Below are positions 44,605-54,551 of a stretch of DNA of 64,000 bases, piece by piece. The notes beneath the pieces are model-generated. The model saw only the letters and a program-made list of their open reading frames with translations, did no database searches and was not told the DNA's origin. Within the stretch, counting starts at the first letter, position 1, and every line of letters begins with the position of its first letter. The stretch is from an uncultured Actinomycetota bacterium (GTDB lineage Bacteria > Actinomycetota > Actinomycetes > Mycobacteriales > CADCTP01). The position numbers were made by a program, and so were the translations under genes. The stretch is taken from contig OY970235.1 of the NCBI GenBank assembly GCA_963714145.1, positions 2,961,722-3,025,721 of the forward strand. The letters are read 5' to 3'.

Positions 44605-45357
44605 TCACTCGGGCAGGCGGCGGCGGGCGACGAGCAGCAACTGGGCGAGGGCGACGGCGCCCAGGCCGGCCCAGGCGGCCGCGCCGGTGGCGGCGATCGC
44701 GTCCGCCCGGGCGGTGAAGACACCGCAGCCGAGCAGCAGGAACGCGGTCAGGATGAACCGGGTCGGGCGTTCGAAGACGGTCAGCACGGCGATGTCGGTC
44801 AGCCCGACCGCGCCGGCCCGGGCCCGGGCGTACTCGGGCAGCCAGGCCAGCGCCACGCCGGCCGCGCACAGCCAGCCGGGCGCGCCCAGCGGCCAGAGCG
44901 CGGCCACGATCGCCGCCTCGGCCACCCGGTCGGCGACCGAGTCGAGCACCGCGCCGAACCGGCTGGCCCGGCCGGCCAGTACGGCCACCGCCCCGTCCAG
45001 CCCGTCCAGCAGGCCGGCGGCGACCAGCGGCGCGATCGCCAGCACCGGCCACCGGCCGCCCGCCGCCGCGACGGCGGGCACCGCCAGGCTGGCCAGCAGC
45101 CCCCACCCGGTCAGCGCGTCCGGCCCGATCCCGCGCCGGGCCAGCGGCGCCGCCAGCGCGTGCATCAGCCGCAGCCAGCGGCCGGTGAAGGCGGTGCCGG
45201 CCGGGTCGTAGCCGCCGTGCAGCGCCGCCCAGCGCCGGGCGTGCTCGGCCCGGCCCGGTACCGGTGCGGCCGGCGCCCGGGCGGTCCGGACGGTCAGCAG
45301 CAGCAGCGCGAGCCCGGCCAGGCCGAACCCCACGGCGATCAGGGCAGGAACGCCCAC
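44605..45357 (-). CDS. CDP-alcohol phosphatidyltransferase family protein
   Basis: This is the 3' part of track ORF 44605..46041. The signature is DGLDGAVAVLAGRASRFGAVLDSVADR. The start is uncertain; GTG 45357 would overlap the upstream gene by 19 nt. Confidence 0.75.
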   Translation of the reverse strand: MGVPALIAVGFGLAGLALLLLTVRTARAPAAPVPGRAEHARRWAALHGGYDPAGTAFTGRWLRLMHALAAPLARRGIGPDALTGWGLLASLAVPAVAAAGGRWPVLAIAPLVAAGLLDGLDGAVAVLAGRASRFGAVLDSVADRVAEAAIVAALWPLGAPGWLCAAGVALAWLPEYARARAGAVGLTDIAVLTVFERPTRFILTAFLLLGCGVFTARADAIAATGAAAWAGLGAVALAQLLLVARRRLPE

Positions 45358-45965
45358 TCCACTTCGATGCTGACCCGGACCGTCTCGGTGCCCGGTTCCA
45401 GCGGCATGCTGCTCATGCTCAACGACACCGCGTGCATCATCGGGACTGGTCCGGAACCGGTCTCCCGCATCCGCAGCACCGGCCCGAGGGTGCGGCCGGC
45501 CAGGCTGGCGAGCTGGCCGGCCTTGGCCCGGGCGTCCTGCCAGGCCTGCACCCGGGCCCACTCGTCCACCAGCCGGGTGTCGGACAGCGCGAACGCCAGC
45601 CCGTACAGCCGGGCCGCGTCGCCGCCGGCCGCCACCGCCTCGCTGACCAGCGCACCGGCCACCGGGAGGTTGCGCAGCCGGGCGGTCAGCCGCTGGTTGG
45701 CCGTGTATCCGGTCACGTCGCCGTCCTCGTCCAGCATCGAGCGGATCGAGGCGGAGCCGGTGTTCAGGTCGAGGTCGCTGACGCCGCCGGCGCGCAGTTT
45801 GGCGATCACGTCCGCCATCGCCCGGACCGCGCCGTCCAGCGCCTCGGTGACCGAGTCGGCCCGCAGTTCGGCGCCGAAGGTGGCTACCAGCAGGTTCGGC
45901 GCGGCTTCGGCGGAGCCGGTGCCGATCACGGTGATCGTCTCGGTGAGGACGGCCGGATCGCCCAT
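45339..45965 (-). CDS. SIMPL-domain (DUF541) protein
   Basis: ATG 45965 lies within track ORF 45339..46034: MGDPAVLTETITVIGTGSAEAAPNLLVATFGAE...TVRVSIEVEWAF. It starts 2 nt after the metF stop. Confidence 0.55.
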   Translation of the reverse strand: MGDPAVLTETITVIGTGSAEAAPNLLVATFGAELRADSVTEALDGAVRAMADVIAKLRAGGVSDLDLNTGSASIRSMLDEDGDVTGYTANQRLTARLRNLPVAGALVSEAVAAGGDAARLYGLAFALSDTRLVDEWARVQAWQDARAKAGQLASLAGRTLGPVLRMRETGSGPVPMMHAVSLSMSSMPLEPGTETVRVSIEVEWAFLP

Positions 45966-45967
45966 CG

Positions 45968-46909
45968 TCAGCGACCGGCAGCCGGAGCGGCGGGCGCCAG
46001 CGGGGTGCGCTGGCCCAGGTCGAGGTTGGCCCACACCTCACGCGTCGCCGTGGACCGGTTCAGCGTGTAGAAGTGGATCCCCGGGACGCCCTCGGCGAGC
46101 AGCCGCTGGCACAGCGCGCTGGCGTGCTCCACGCCCACCCTGCGGACCGCGGCCGGATCGTCCTCCACCGCGTAGAGCTGGGCGGCCAGGTCGGCCGGGA
46201 ACGCCGCCCCGGACAGCTCTGCCGAGCGCTGGATGCCGCGCACGTTGATGATCGGCATGATGCCGGCGATGATCGGGGTGTCGCAGCCCAGCGCGCTGAC
46301 CCGGTCCCGCATCCGCAGGTAGTCCTCGGCCCGGAAGAACATCTGGGTGATCGCGAAGTCGGCGCCGGCCCGGCACTTGCGGACCAGGAACTCGACGTCG
46401 GTGTCGATGTCCGGCGAGCGCGGGTGCTTCTCCGGGAACGCGGCCACCCCGACGCAGTAGTCGCCGTGCGCCTTCACCAGCCGGACCAGTTCCTCGGCGT
46501 ACGCGACCCCGTCCGGGTGCTGCACCCAGTCGCCGTTCGGGTCGCCGGCCGGGTCGCCGCGCAGTGCGAGCACGTTGCGGACCCCGGCGCCGGCCAGCCG
46601 GCCGACGATGTGCCGCAGCTCGGCCACCGAGTGGTTCACCGCGGTCAGGTGCGCCATCGGCAGCAGCGTGGTGTCGGTGGCGATCCGCTCGGTGATCGCG
46701 ACCGTCCGGTCCCGGGTGGAGCCGCCGGCCCCGTAGGTCACCGAGACGAACGAGGGGCGCAGCGGCTCCAACTGCCGGATCGCCTGCCAGAGCAGCCGCT
46801 CCCCGTCGTCCGTCTTCGGCGGGAAGAACTCGAAGGAGACGGTCGGCCGGCCGGCGGCCAGCCGGTCGCGCACGGTCGCGGTCGCTGGCCGCCGGGCGGG
46901 CACACTCAT
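45968..46909 (-). CDS. metF: Methylenetetrahydrofolate reductase
   Basis: ATG 46909 lies within track ORF 45968..47062. Motifs: [29 protein letters not shown]. Confidence 0.9.
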   Translation of the reverse strand: MSVPARRPATATVRDRLAAGRPTVSFEFFPPKTDDGERLLWQAIRQLEPLRPSFVSVTYGAGGSTRDRTVAITERIATDTTLLPMAHLTAVNHSVAELRHIVGRLAGAGVRNVLALRGDPAGDPNGDWVQHPDGVAYAEELVRLVKAHGDYCVGVAAFPEKHPRSPDIDTDVEFLVRKCRAGADFAITQMFFRAEDYLRMRDRVSALGCDTPIIAGIMPIINVRGIQRSAELSGAAFPADLAAQLYAVEDDPAAVRRVGVEHASALCQRLLAEGVPGIHFYTLNRSTATREVWANLDLGQRTPLAPAAPAAGR

Positions 46910-46919
46910 GCCGGCAAGA

Positions 46920-48551
46920 CTAGGGCCTCCGGCCCGATCCTTGGTCGACACCGCCCGCCGGCCCCCCGCCCGCGACACCGGCCGCCGGGACACCGGCCAC
47001 GACACCGGCCGATAGGACACCGGCCGCTGGGATGGCGCCCACAACACCGGCTGATGGGACACCGGCCGCTTGGGCGGCGCCAGCCGGGGCGGCGCCAGCC
47101 GGGGCGGCGCCAGCCGGGGCGGCGCCAGCCGGGGCGGCGCCAGCCGGGGCGGCGCCAGCCGGGGCGGCGCCAGCCGGGGCGGCGCCAGCTGGGACGGTGT
47201 CCCGGCGGCGCTGGCCGGCCCGGGCCGCGGCCAGCGCCAGTGCGGCCAGCCCGGCCAGCAGGTAGGCGTTGCCGAGCAGCAACTGGACGCCGTGCTCGCG
47301 GTACTCGATGTCGCCGCCGTGCGGCACCCACCAGATCGGGCCGAGCGCGAACACCGCGAGCCAGCCGGCGAGCCGGGCCAACCGGGCCCCGGTGGGCCGG
47401 CGCAATGCGGCGGCGACCGCGACGACCGTCCCCGGCAGCACCCAGACCCAGTGGTGGCTCCACGAGATCGGGGACAGCAGCAGCCCGGTCAGCGCGCACA
47501 CCGACACGCCGGTCAGCTCCTGGCCGGCCCGGTACGCGGCCGCGGCCGCGTACAGCCCGGAGCAGCCGACCAGCAACGCGGCCGGCAGCCAGAGCCCGCC
47601 CTGGTGGACGCCCTGCAGCAGCCGGCTGGCCGTCCCGTAGAGCGACTGGTTGCCGGCGTAGGCGACGCCGCCGACGTGCTCGGGGTTCAGCCAGAGCTTG
47701 GCCCAGTACTTCGCGGACGCCTCCGGCAGCACCAGCCGGCCCACCGCGGCGGTACCCAGGAACGCGCCGAACGCGGTGGCCGTGGCCCGGCGCCGGCCGG
47801 TGACCAGCAGGTAGACCGCGAAGATCCCGGGGGTCAGCTTCAGCCCGGCCGCGACGCCGATCAGCACGCCGCGCGGCAACCGCGGGCAGCGGCCGGTGAA
47901 GTCGGCCAGCACCAGCGCCACCAGCAGCAGGTTGACCTGGCCGAAGCCGAGGGTGCCGCGGACCGGCTCCAGCCAGGCCGCCACCGCCACCGCGACCAGC
48001 AGCACCGGGCTGCGCAACCAGTCCGCCCAGCCGGACCGGCCCACGGCCCCGACCGGTCGCCCCGGCCCGACCCTCGTGGCCCAGCCGGCCGCAAGCCCGC
48101 CACGCCCAACCGTCCCGGCCCGGACGCCGGCCGGTCCGGCGACCCGCCCGGGTGGCCGGTAGCCGACCTGCTCCAGGCACATGACCAGGACCGCGCCCAG
48201 GCAGGCCAGCCAGGCCAGCGCGACGGCGATCTGGGCGACCGGCCAGGCCACGGCGGCGAACGGGGCGAACAGCAGCGCCGCGAACGGCGGGTAGGTGAAC
48301 GGAAGCTGGCTGCCGGCCGGGTGCGCCGAGTACAGCGGCTGGCCGTGCAGCACGGCGGCGCCGCCGGCCCGGTACACCTGCAGGTCGATCATGTTGAACC
48401 GGTCCGGCCAGAGCACGGCCAGCAGCACCAGCGTGCCCACCGAGGCGACCAGCGCCGCGCCGGCCAGCGGCCGGGCGAGCCCGGGCCGGCCGAGCCGGGC
48501 GGCGCGCCATGGCCGGGACGGAACGAGCGGGCCAGCAAGGTTGGTCGCCAC
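46920..48551 (-). CDS. GT87/DUF2029-type polyprenyl-phosphate-mannose-dependent glycosyltransferase with a repetitive C-terminal tail
   Basis: This is the 3' part of track ORF 46920..50303; the upstream part of that ORF is antisense to crtI. Motifs: [10 protein letters not shown]...[16 protein letters not shown]. It is polytopic. I chose GTG 48551 (GGGGAG SD); GTG 48560 is an alternative. Confidence 0.7.
   Translation of the reverse strand: MATNLAGPLVPSRPWRAARLGRPGLARPLAGAALVASVGTLVLLAVLWPDRFNMIDLQVYRAGGAAVLHGQPLYSAHPAGSQLPFTYPPFAALLFAPFAAVAWPVAQIAVALAWLACLGAVLVMCLEQVGYRPPGRVAGPAGVRAGTVGRGGLAAGWATRVGPGRPVGAVGRSGWADWLRSPVLLVAVAVAAWLEPVRGTLGFGQVNLLLVALVLADFTGRCPRLPRGVLIGVAAGLKLTPGIFAVYLLVTGRRRATATAFGAFLGTAAVGRLVLPEASAKYWAKLWLNPEHVGGVAYAGNQSLYGTASRLLQGVHQGGLWLPAALLVGCSGLYAAAAAYRAGQELTGVSVCALTGLLLSPISWSHHWVWVLPGTVVAVAAALRRPTGARLARLAGWLAVFALGPIWWVPHGGDIEYREHGVQLLLGNAYLLAGLAALALAAARAGQRRRDTVPAGAAPAGAAPAGAAPAGAAPAGAAPAGAAPAGAAPAGAAQAAGVPSAGVVGAIPAAGVLSAGVVAGVPAAGVAGGGPAGGVDQGSGRRP
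47072..47191. repeat. 15-bp tandem repeat (gggcggcgccagccg) x8 inside the GT87 gene 3' end
   Basis: Copies start every 15 nt from 47072 to 47177. On the minus strand the repeat encodes (PAGAA)8. More degenerate gacaccggccgc units continue to ~46960. Confidence 0.95.
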
Positions 48552-48713
48552 CGCGGGCACTCCCCTGGGTCGGGCGGCGGTGCCGGGCACCCCCGCGTCA
48601 CCCGGGAAGACACCACCGGATTGCCCAGCGTTGCGCCGACTTCGGCGGACCCCGCCGGCACGGCGCGGTCGGGCCCGGATGCGGCAGGTCAGGCGGCTGC
48701 CTATGGTCGGCCG

Positions 48714-50204
48714 ATGCGCACCGTGACCGGGCCGACCGACCGGGTGGTGATCGTCGGCGCCGGCCTCGGCGGCCTGTCGGCGGCGCTGCGGCTGGCCGGC
48801 GCCGGTCGCGAGGTGACCGTGCTGGAGCGGGGGCCGGTGCCCGGTGGCCGGGCCGGCCGGCTCGAACTGGACGGCTACCGCTTCGACACCGGCCCGACCG
48901 TGCTGACCATGCCGCGGCTGATCGCGGACGCGTTCAACTCGGTCGGTGAGGAGCTGGCCGACTGGCTCGACCTGCGGCCGGTGCGGCCGCTCTACCGCGC
49001 GCACTACCCGGACGGCTCGACCCTGGACGTGCACGCGGACGTGGACGAGATGGCAGCCGAGGTGGCCCGGGTCTGTGGTCCGGCCGAGGCGGCCGGCTAC
49101 CGCCGGTTCGTCGACTACGTCACCGCCCTGTACCGGCTGGAGATGCGCCACTTCATCGACCGCAACCTGGACTCGCCGGTCGACCTGCTCAACCTGAACC
49201 TGCTCCGGCTGGCCCGGCTCGGCGGGTTCGGCCGGCTGGCCGGCCGGGTCGACCGCTACCTGCGCGACCCGCGCACCCGCCGGGTGTTCTCGTTCCAGGC
49301 CATGTACGCGGGCCTCTCGCCGTACCAGGCGCTGGCGATCTACGCGGTGATCGCCTACATGGACTCGGTGGCCGGCGTGTACTTCCCGCGCGGCGGCATG
49401 CACGCGGTGCCGCTGGCGCTGGCCGCCGCGGCCGAGAAGCACGGCGTCCGGTTCCGCTACCGGACCGAGGTGACCGCGGTGGAGGTGCGCGACGGCCGGG
49501 CCCGGGCGGTGCGCACCGCCGCGGGTGAGCGCATCCCGGCCGACGTGGTCGTGCTCAACCCGGACCTGCCGGTGGCCTACCGGGACCTGCTGCCCGGCCC
49601 GGCGCCGCGCCGGCTGGACCGGCTGCGGTACTCGCCGTCCTGCGTGCTGCTGCACGTCGGCTCGCGGGCCGGCTACTCCCGGATCGCGCACCACAACATC
49701 CACTTCGGCCGGGCCTGGGCCGGGGTGTTCCGGGACGTGATCGACCGCGGCCGGCTGATGACCGACCCGTCGTTGCTGGTCACCAGCCCGAGCCGGGCCG
49801 ACCCGGAGCTGGCGCCGCCCGGCCGGCACACCTACTACGTGCTGCTGCCCACCCCGAACCTGGGTTCGGGGCTGGATTGGGACGCGATCGGCCCGCGCTA
49901 CCGGGACGAGATATTGGTCACTCTGGACCGCCGCGGCTACCGGGATTTCGGCGCCGGCATCGAGGTCGAGCGGATGGTCACGCCGGCCGATTGGCGGGCG
50001 GCCGGGATGGCCCTGGGCACGCCGTTCGCGGCGGCGCACACGCTGCGCCAGACCGGGCCGTTCCGGCCGCCGAACCTGGCGCCCGGGCTGGAGAACGTGG
50101 TGTTCTGCGGGTCCGGGACGCAGCCGGGGGTGGGCGTTCCGATGGTGCTGGTTTCCGGCCGGCTGGCGGCGGAGAGGATCACCGGGCCGGTTACGCTGCG
50201 GTAG
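48714..50204 (+). CDS. crtI: Phytoene desaturase
   Basis: ATG 48714 lies within track ORF 47070..50204. Motifs: VVIVGAGLGGLSAALRLA, YRFDTGPTVLTMP and the C-terminal VVFCGSGTQPGVGVPMV. Confidence 0.9.
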   Translation: MRTVTGPTDRVVIVGAGLGGLSAALRLAGAGREVTVLERGPVPGGRAGRLELDGYRFDTGPTVLTMPRLIADAFNSVGEELADWLDLRPVRPLYRAHYPDGSTLDVHADVDEMAAEVARVCGPAEAAGYRRFVDYVTALYRLEMRHFIDRNLDSPVDLLNLNLLRLARLGGFGRLAGRVDRYLRDPRTRRVFSFQAMYAGLSPYQALAIYAVIAYMDSVAGVYFPRGGMHAVPLALAAAAEKHGVRFRYRTEVTAVEVRDGRARAVRTAAGERIPADVVVLNPDLPVAYRDLLPGPAPRRLDRLRYSPSCVLLHVGSRAGYSRIAHHNIHFGRAWAGVFRDVIDRGRLMTDPSLLVTSPSRADPELAPPGRHTYYVLLPTPNLGSGLDWDAIGPRYRDEILVTLDRRGYRDFGAGIEVERMVTPADWRAAGMALGTPFAAAHTLRQTGPFRPPNLAPGLENVVFCGSGTQPGVGVPMVLVSGRLAAERITGPVTLR

Positions 50205-50389
50205 GCATTGTGCCGGTGACTTTGTGTGCTCGTCACATCTGTCCCGAGAAACCCGTCTGCCCCGAGGGTCATGTTCTGTATCACTAATGCAGACACAAAA
50301 CATAATGTGCAGGGTTATTGCTCGGAGAAACGGTAATCTTTGCTGCTGTGCCGTCCACTGTAGAGCCAGCGCTGGTCACTCTTCGCTCT

Positions 50390-51877
50390 ATGTTGGAGCG
50401 CTTGCGCGCGCTCACACAGCGTACGTTCCTGGACCGGTTCCGCATGTTGGGATTGGCCGGCTCGCTGGCGCTGGCGCTGGGTGGCTGCGCCGCCGGGGCG
50501 CTACCGGGCAACGACCCGTTCGCCCGGCTGCCGGTGGTGCACCAGTTGCGCGAGGCGCCGGCGGTCGCCCTGGTCGTCGCCTACGGCGGGCTGGCGCTGC
50601 TGGTGGTGGCCTGGCTGTTCCTCGGCCGGCTGGTGAACGCCCCGGGCGGGCCGAGCCGGCGCTCGCTGGTGCTCACCCTGCTGGTCTGGTCGGCGCCGCT
50701 GTGCCTGGCCCCGCCGATGTTCAGCCGGGACGTCTACAGCTACGCGGCCCAGGGCTGGCAGGTCGAGCAGCACGCCAGCCCGTACTTCTGGGGCCCGGCC
50801 GCGGTGCCCGGCCCGTTCCTGAACGACGTCGGCGACATGTGGCGCTGGACGCACGCGCCGTACGGGCCGGTGTTCCTGCAACTGGCCCGGCTGACGGTCG
50901 GCCTCGGCGGCGGGCACGTCGTGCCGACCGTGCTCGGGCTGCGGCTGATCGCGCTGGTCGGCGTGGGCCTGATGGTGTGGTACGTGCCGCGGCTGGCCCA
51001 GCACTGCGGCGTCGCCCCGAACCGGGCGCTCTGGCTCGGCGTGCTTAACCCGCTGGTACTGCTGCACTTCGTCTCCGGTGCGCACAACGACGCGCTGCTG
51101 GTCGGCCTGATGGTGGCCGGTCTGGTGCTGGTGCTGGAGCGGCACCAGATTCTCGGGGTGGCGGTCTGCGCGCTGGCGGTGCTGGTCAAGGCGCCGGCCG
51201 CGCTGGCGCTGCTGTTCCTGGTGCCGGTCTGGGCCGGGATGATGTTCGGCCGGGCCCGGCTGCTGCGCGCGACGGTCGCCGTCGGGGCGGTCAGCGCCGC
51301 GGTGATCGCCGCGGCGACCTGGCTGACCGGCCTCGGCTACGGCTGGATCGGCGCGCTGAACACCCCGGGCGCGGTGCGCAACTGGCTGTCGATCACCACC
51401 GCGCTGGGCGAGGCCGGTGGCACGCTGACCAAGATGGTCGGCCTGGGCGACTACACCGACCGGTCGATCTCGCTGTTCCGCGGCGCCGGCGGCGTGCTCG
51501 CGCTGGTGCTCTGCATGGTGCTGCTGACCCGGGCCGGCCAGCAGCGGCGCGGGCCGGTCGCGGTCGGCGCGCTGGGTATGGCGCTGTCCGCGGTGGTGCT
51601 GTTCAGCCCGGTCGTGCAGCCCTGGTACCTGCTCTGGGGTTTCGTGCTGATCGCCGCGAGCGTGACCAACCCGGGCCTCCGGCGCGCGGTGATCGCGTTC
51701 TCGGCGCTGCTGTCGGTGCTGCTGATGCCCAAGGGCGGCACGGTGGACGTGAGCGCGATCGTGCAGGCGGTGCTCGCCGGGCTGGCGGTGGCCGGCTCGG
51801 CCGCGCTGTTCGAGCTGCTGCCCGGCCGGGCGGCCCCGGAGCCGGCGGCCGCCATATCTGGGAACATGGAGGCGTGA
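50390..51877 (+). CDS. MptA/MptB-like GT-C polyprenyl-phosphate-mannose-dependent mannosyltransferase (paralog 1)
   Basis: Track ORF 50318..51877 has a TTG start; I prefer ATG 50390. The signature is FSRDVYSYAAQGWQVEQHASPYFWGPAAVPGPFLNDVGDMWRWTHAPYGPVFL. It is polytopic. Confidence 0.65.
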   Translation: MLERLRALTQRTFLDRFRMLGLAGSLALALGGCAAGALPGNDPFARLPVVHQLREAPAVALVVAYGGLALLVVAWLFLGRLVNAPGGPSRRSLVLTLLVWSAPLCLAPPMFSRDVYSYAAQGWQVEQHASPYFWGPAAVPGPFLNDVGDMWRWTHAPYGPVFLQLARLTVGLGGGHVVPTVLGLRLIALVGVGLMVWYVPRLAQHCGVAPNRALWLGVLNPLVLLHFVSGAHNDALLVGLMVAGLVLVLERHQILGVAVCALAVLVKAPAALALLFLVPVWAGMMFGRARLLRATVAVGAVSAAVIAAATWLTGLGYGWIGALNTPGAVRNWLSITTALGEAGGTLTKMVGLGDYTDRSISLFRGAGGVLALVLCMVLLTRAGQQRRGPVAVGALGMALSAVVLFSPVVQPWYLLWGFVLIAASVTNPGLRRAVIAFSALLSVLLMPKGGTVDVSAIVQAVLAGLAVAGSAALFELLPGRAAPEPAAAISGNMEA

Positions 51878-53628
51878 CCGCCACGGTTCCAGCGGGGCGT
51901 ATCGCGGCCCCGCCGCCGGCTGCCACCGATCACCTCCGGCACGTCGTGCTGGCCGGCCTCGCCGGGTCCGGGCTGATGGTGCTGGGCTCGCTCGGTTGCG
52001 GCGCGCTGCCGGTCTACGACCCGGTGAAGCGCATCCCGGTGCTGTCGGTGCTGCGCCAGGGCGTCGGCGAGACGATCGCGCTCACCCTGGTCTACACCGG
52101 CCTGGCCACGCTGGCGCTGGCCTGGCTCTACCTGGGCCGGGCGGTGCGCCGCCGGGAGCCGGGCACCGAGGAGTCCCGGCTGCTGCGGATCGGCGCGCTC
52201 TGGGCCGCCCCGCTGCTGTTCGCCGTCCCGCTGTTCAGCCGCGACCTGTACTCCTACGCCGCGCAGGCGCAGATCACGCACGCCGGGCTGGACCCGTACA
52301 CGCACGGCCCGGCGTCGCTGCCCGGCCCGTTCCTGGACGAGATCGACCGGATGTGGGTGGACACACCCGCCCCGTACGGCCCGCTCTGGCTCACCCTGGG
52401 CCGGCTGGCCGCGATGGTCACCCGCGACCATGTGGTGATCACCGTCTTCTGCATGCGGCTGCTGGCGCTGGCCGGCGTGCTGCTGATGGCGCGCTACCTG
52501 CCCCGGCTGGCGATCGCGCACGGGGTCGACCCGCGCGGCGCGCTCTGGCTCGGCCTGCTCAACCCGCTGGTGCTGGCCCACTTCGTCGCCGGCGGGCACA
52601 ACGACGCGCTGATGCTCGGGCTGGTCATCGCCGGCGTGACGATCGCGGTGGAGGCCACCGACGAGCGCTGGCTGGCCATCGGCGTGGTCATCACCAGCTG
52701 CGCGGTCCTGGTGAAGGCGCCGGCGCTGCTCGCGGTCGGCTTCCTGGCCGTGGTGTGGGCGCGCCGGCTGACCGGCCGGGCGGTACTGCTGCGGGCCAGC
52801 GTCCGGGTCGGCGCGGTGGCCCTGGGCACCGCCGCCGCGGTGACGCTGGCCAGCGGGCTCGGCTTCGGTTGGGTGAAGCAGCTGAACACGCCCGGCCAGG
52901 TGGTGACCTGGCTGTCCATCCCGACCGGGTTGGGCCTGCTCACCGACTGGATCCGGGGCGCGCAGAACTTCATCACCTCGGAAGACACCGTGATCTCGGT
53001 GTTCCGGCTGGTCTTCCAGGGGATCACGGTGCTGGTCGTGCTCTGGCTCTGGCTGCGGGCCAAGCGCTTCGGTGTGATCGCCGCGCTGGCCCTGGCGCTG
53101 CTCGCGCTGGTCCTGCTCGGTCCGGTGGTGCAGCCCTGGTACATGGTCTGGCCGCTGGCGCTGGCCGCGGCGGTCCGGCTGCCGCACCGGGTCTGGCTGC
53201 TGGCGGCCGGCGCCAGCGTCTGGCTGGCCATGATGATCACCCCGCAGGGCGAGAACCTGTTCCTCGAGATCGCCCCGACGCTGGCCACCGGGCTGGCCGG
53301 CGCGGTGGCCGCGTACGCGGTACTCAGCCACGAGCACGGCCGGCAGCCGCTGGGCGGGCCGCCGCTGGCGCCGGCCCTGCTCGACCTGCCGACGCCGGCC
53401 GCCACCCCGCTCACCGCCGCCGGGCGGACCGCCGCCGCGCCGGGCAGCCCGCTGGCCACCGGACGTCCGCTGCTGGGCCGGCCGACCAGCCTGCCGATCA
53501 GCGGCCAGCTGAACAACGGCCCGCCGGACGACGGCCCGGTCGACAACGGCCCGGCGGGCCGGCTCGGCGAGACGGTGCGCGACGCCGCCGGCGGCACACC
53601 GCTGCCGGCCGTCGGTTCGAGCGGGTGA
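51874..53628 (+). CDS. MptA/MptB-like GT-C mannosyltransferase (paralog 2)
   Basis: Track ORF 51874..53628. The start overlaps the paralog 1 stop (GTGA). The signature is FSRDLYSYAAQAQITHAGLDPYTHGPASLPGPFLDEIDRMWVDTPAPYGPLWL. Confidence 0.65.
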   Translation: MTATVPAGRIAAPPPAATDHLRHVVLAGLAGSGLMVLGSLGCGALPVYDPVKRIPVLSVLRQGVGETIALTLVYTGLATLALAWLYLGRAVRRREPGTEESRLLRIGALWAAPLLFAVPLFSRDLYSYAAQAQITHAGLDPYTHGPASLPGPFLDEIDRMWVDTPAPYGPLWLTLGRLAAMVTRDHVVITVFCMRLLALAGVLLMARYLPRLAIAHGVDPRGALWLGLLNPLVLAHFVAGGHNDALMLGLVIAGVTIAVEATDERWLAIGVVITSCAVLVKAPALLAVGFLAVVWARRLTGRAVLLRASVRVGAVALGTAAAVTLASGLGFGWVKQLNTPGQVVTWLSIPTGLGLLTDWIRGAQNFITSEDTVISVFRLVFQGITVLVVLWLWLRAKRFGVIAALALALLALVLLGPVVQPWYMVWPLALAAAVRLPHRVWLLAAGASVWLAMMITPQGENLFLEIAPTLATGLAGAVAAYAVLSHEHGRQPLGGPPLAPALLDLPTPAATPLTAAGRTAAAPGSPLATGRPLLGRPTSLPISGQLNNGPPDDGPVDNGPAGRLGETVRDAAGGTPLPAVGSSG

Positions 53629-54551
53629 GCCGTGCCGAGCTGGCCGCAGCCGGCATCACCGACCCGCCGCTGCGCACCGCGTACGAGCGCTGCCGGCGGC
53701 TGAACGCCGCGCACGGCAAGACGTACTACCTGGCCACGCTGCTGCTGCCGCCGGCCAAGCGACCGTACGTGCACGCGCTGTACGGCTTCGCCCGGTACGC
53801 CGACGAGATCGTGGACGACGCCGGCTCCGAGCTGACCGACGAGGAGAAGGCCGGCTGGCTGGACGGGTGGGGCGACCGGTTCGTCGCCGCGGTGCGGGCC
53901 GGCCGGCGGCCGGACCATCCGGTGGGCGTGGCCGCCGCGGACACCATCCGCCGCTGGGACATCCCGGTCGCCCACTTCGAGGACTTCCTCGCCTCGATGC
54001 GGATGGACCTCACCGTCCGCGAGTACCAGGACTACGACGACCTGATGAAGTACATGTGGGGCTCCGCGGCGGTGATCGGGCTGCAGATGCTGCCGGTACT
54101 CGAGCCGGTCGTCGAACGGGACGTGGCCCAGCCGTACGCGGTTGACCTCGGGGTGGCGTTCCAGCTGTCCAACTTCATCCGGGACGTCGGCGAGGACCTC
54201 CGCCGCGGCCGGATCTACCTGCCGATGGCCGACCTGGCCCACTTCGGCGTGGACCGGGACCGGCTGGCCCGGTGCGTGGTGGACGGCCCGATCCGCCGCC
54301 TGCTGGCGTACGAGATCGCCCGGACCCGGGAGCTGTACCGGTCGGCCGAGCCGGGCATCCGGCTGCTGCACCCGACCAGCCGGGACTGCATCAGCACCGC
54401 GCTGCGGCTCTACCGCGGCATCCTGGACGCGGTCGAGCGGGCCGACTACCAGGTGCTGGACCGGCGCCAGTCGGTCGGCCCCGGGCGCCGGGCCGCGGTC
54501 GCCGGCCCCGGCCTGGCCCGGGCCTTCGCGGCCCGCCGCCGCTGCCGCTAG
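53625..54551 (+). CDS. crtB: Phytoene synthase
   Basis: GTG 53625 overlaps the stop of the preceding membrane protein (GTGA). Asp-rich motifs are YADEIVDD and FIRDVGEDL. The product begins ...HGKTYYLATLLLP. Confidence 0.9.
   Translation: MSRAELAAAGITDPPLRTAYERCRRLNAAHGKTYYLATLLLPPAKRPYVHALYGFARYADEIVDDAGSELTDEEKAGWLDGWGDRFVAAVRAGRRPDHPVGVAAADTIRRWDIPVAHFEDFLASMRMDLTVREYQDYDDLMKYMWGSAAVIGLQMLPVLEPVVERDVAQPYAVDLGVAFQLSNFIRDVGEDLRRGRIYLPMADLAHFGVDRDRLARCVVDGPIRRLLAYEIARTRELYRSAEPGIRLLHPTSRDCISTALRLYRGILDAVERADYQVLDRRQSVGPGRRAAVAGPGLARAFAARRRCR

Noticed and set aside
48552-50303. Upstream 580 codons of track ORF 46920..50303, which would make the GT87 protein 1127 aa.
   Set aside because: That part is antisense to crtI, which has unambiguous FAD and phytoene desaturase motifs. 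The GT87 membrane core starts near 48551 and has an SD.
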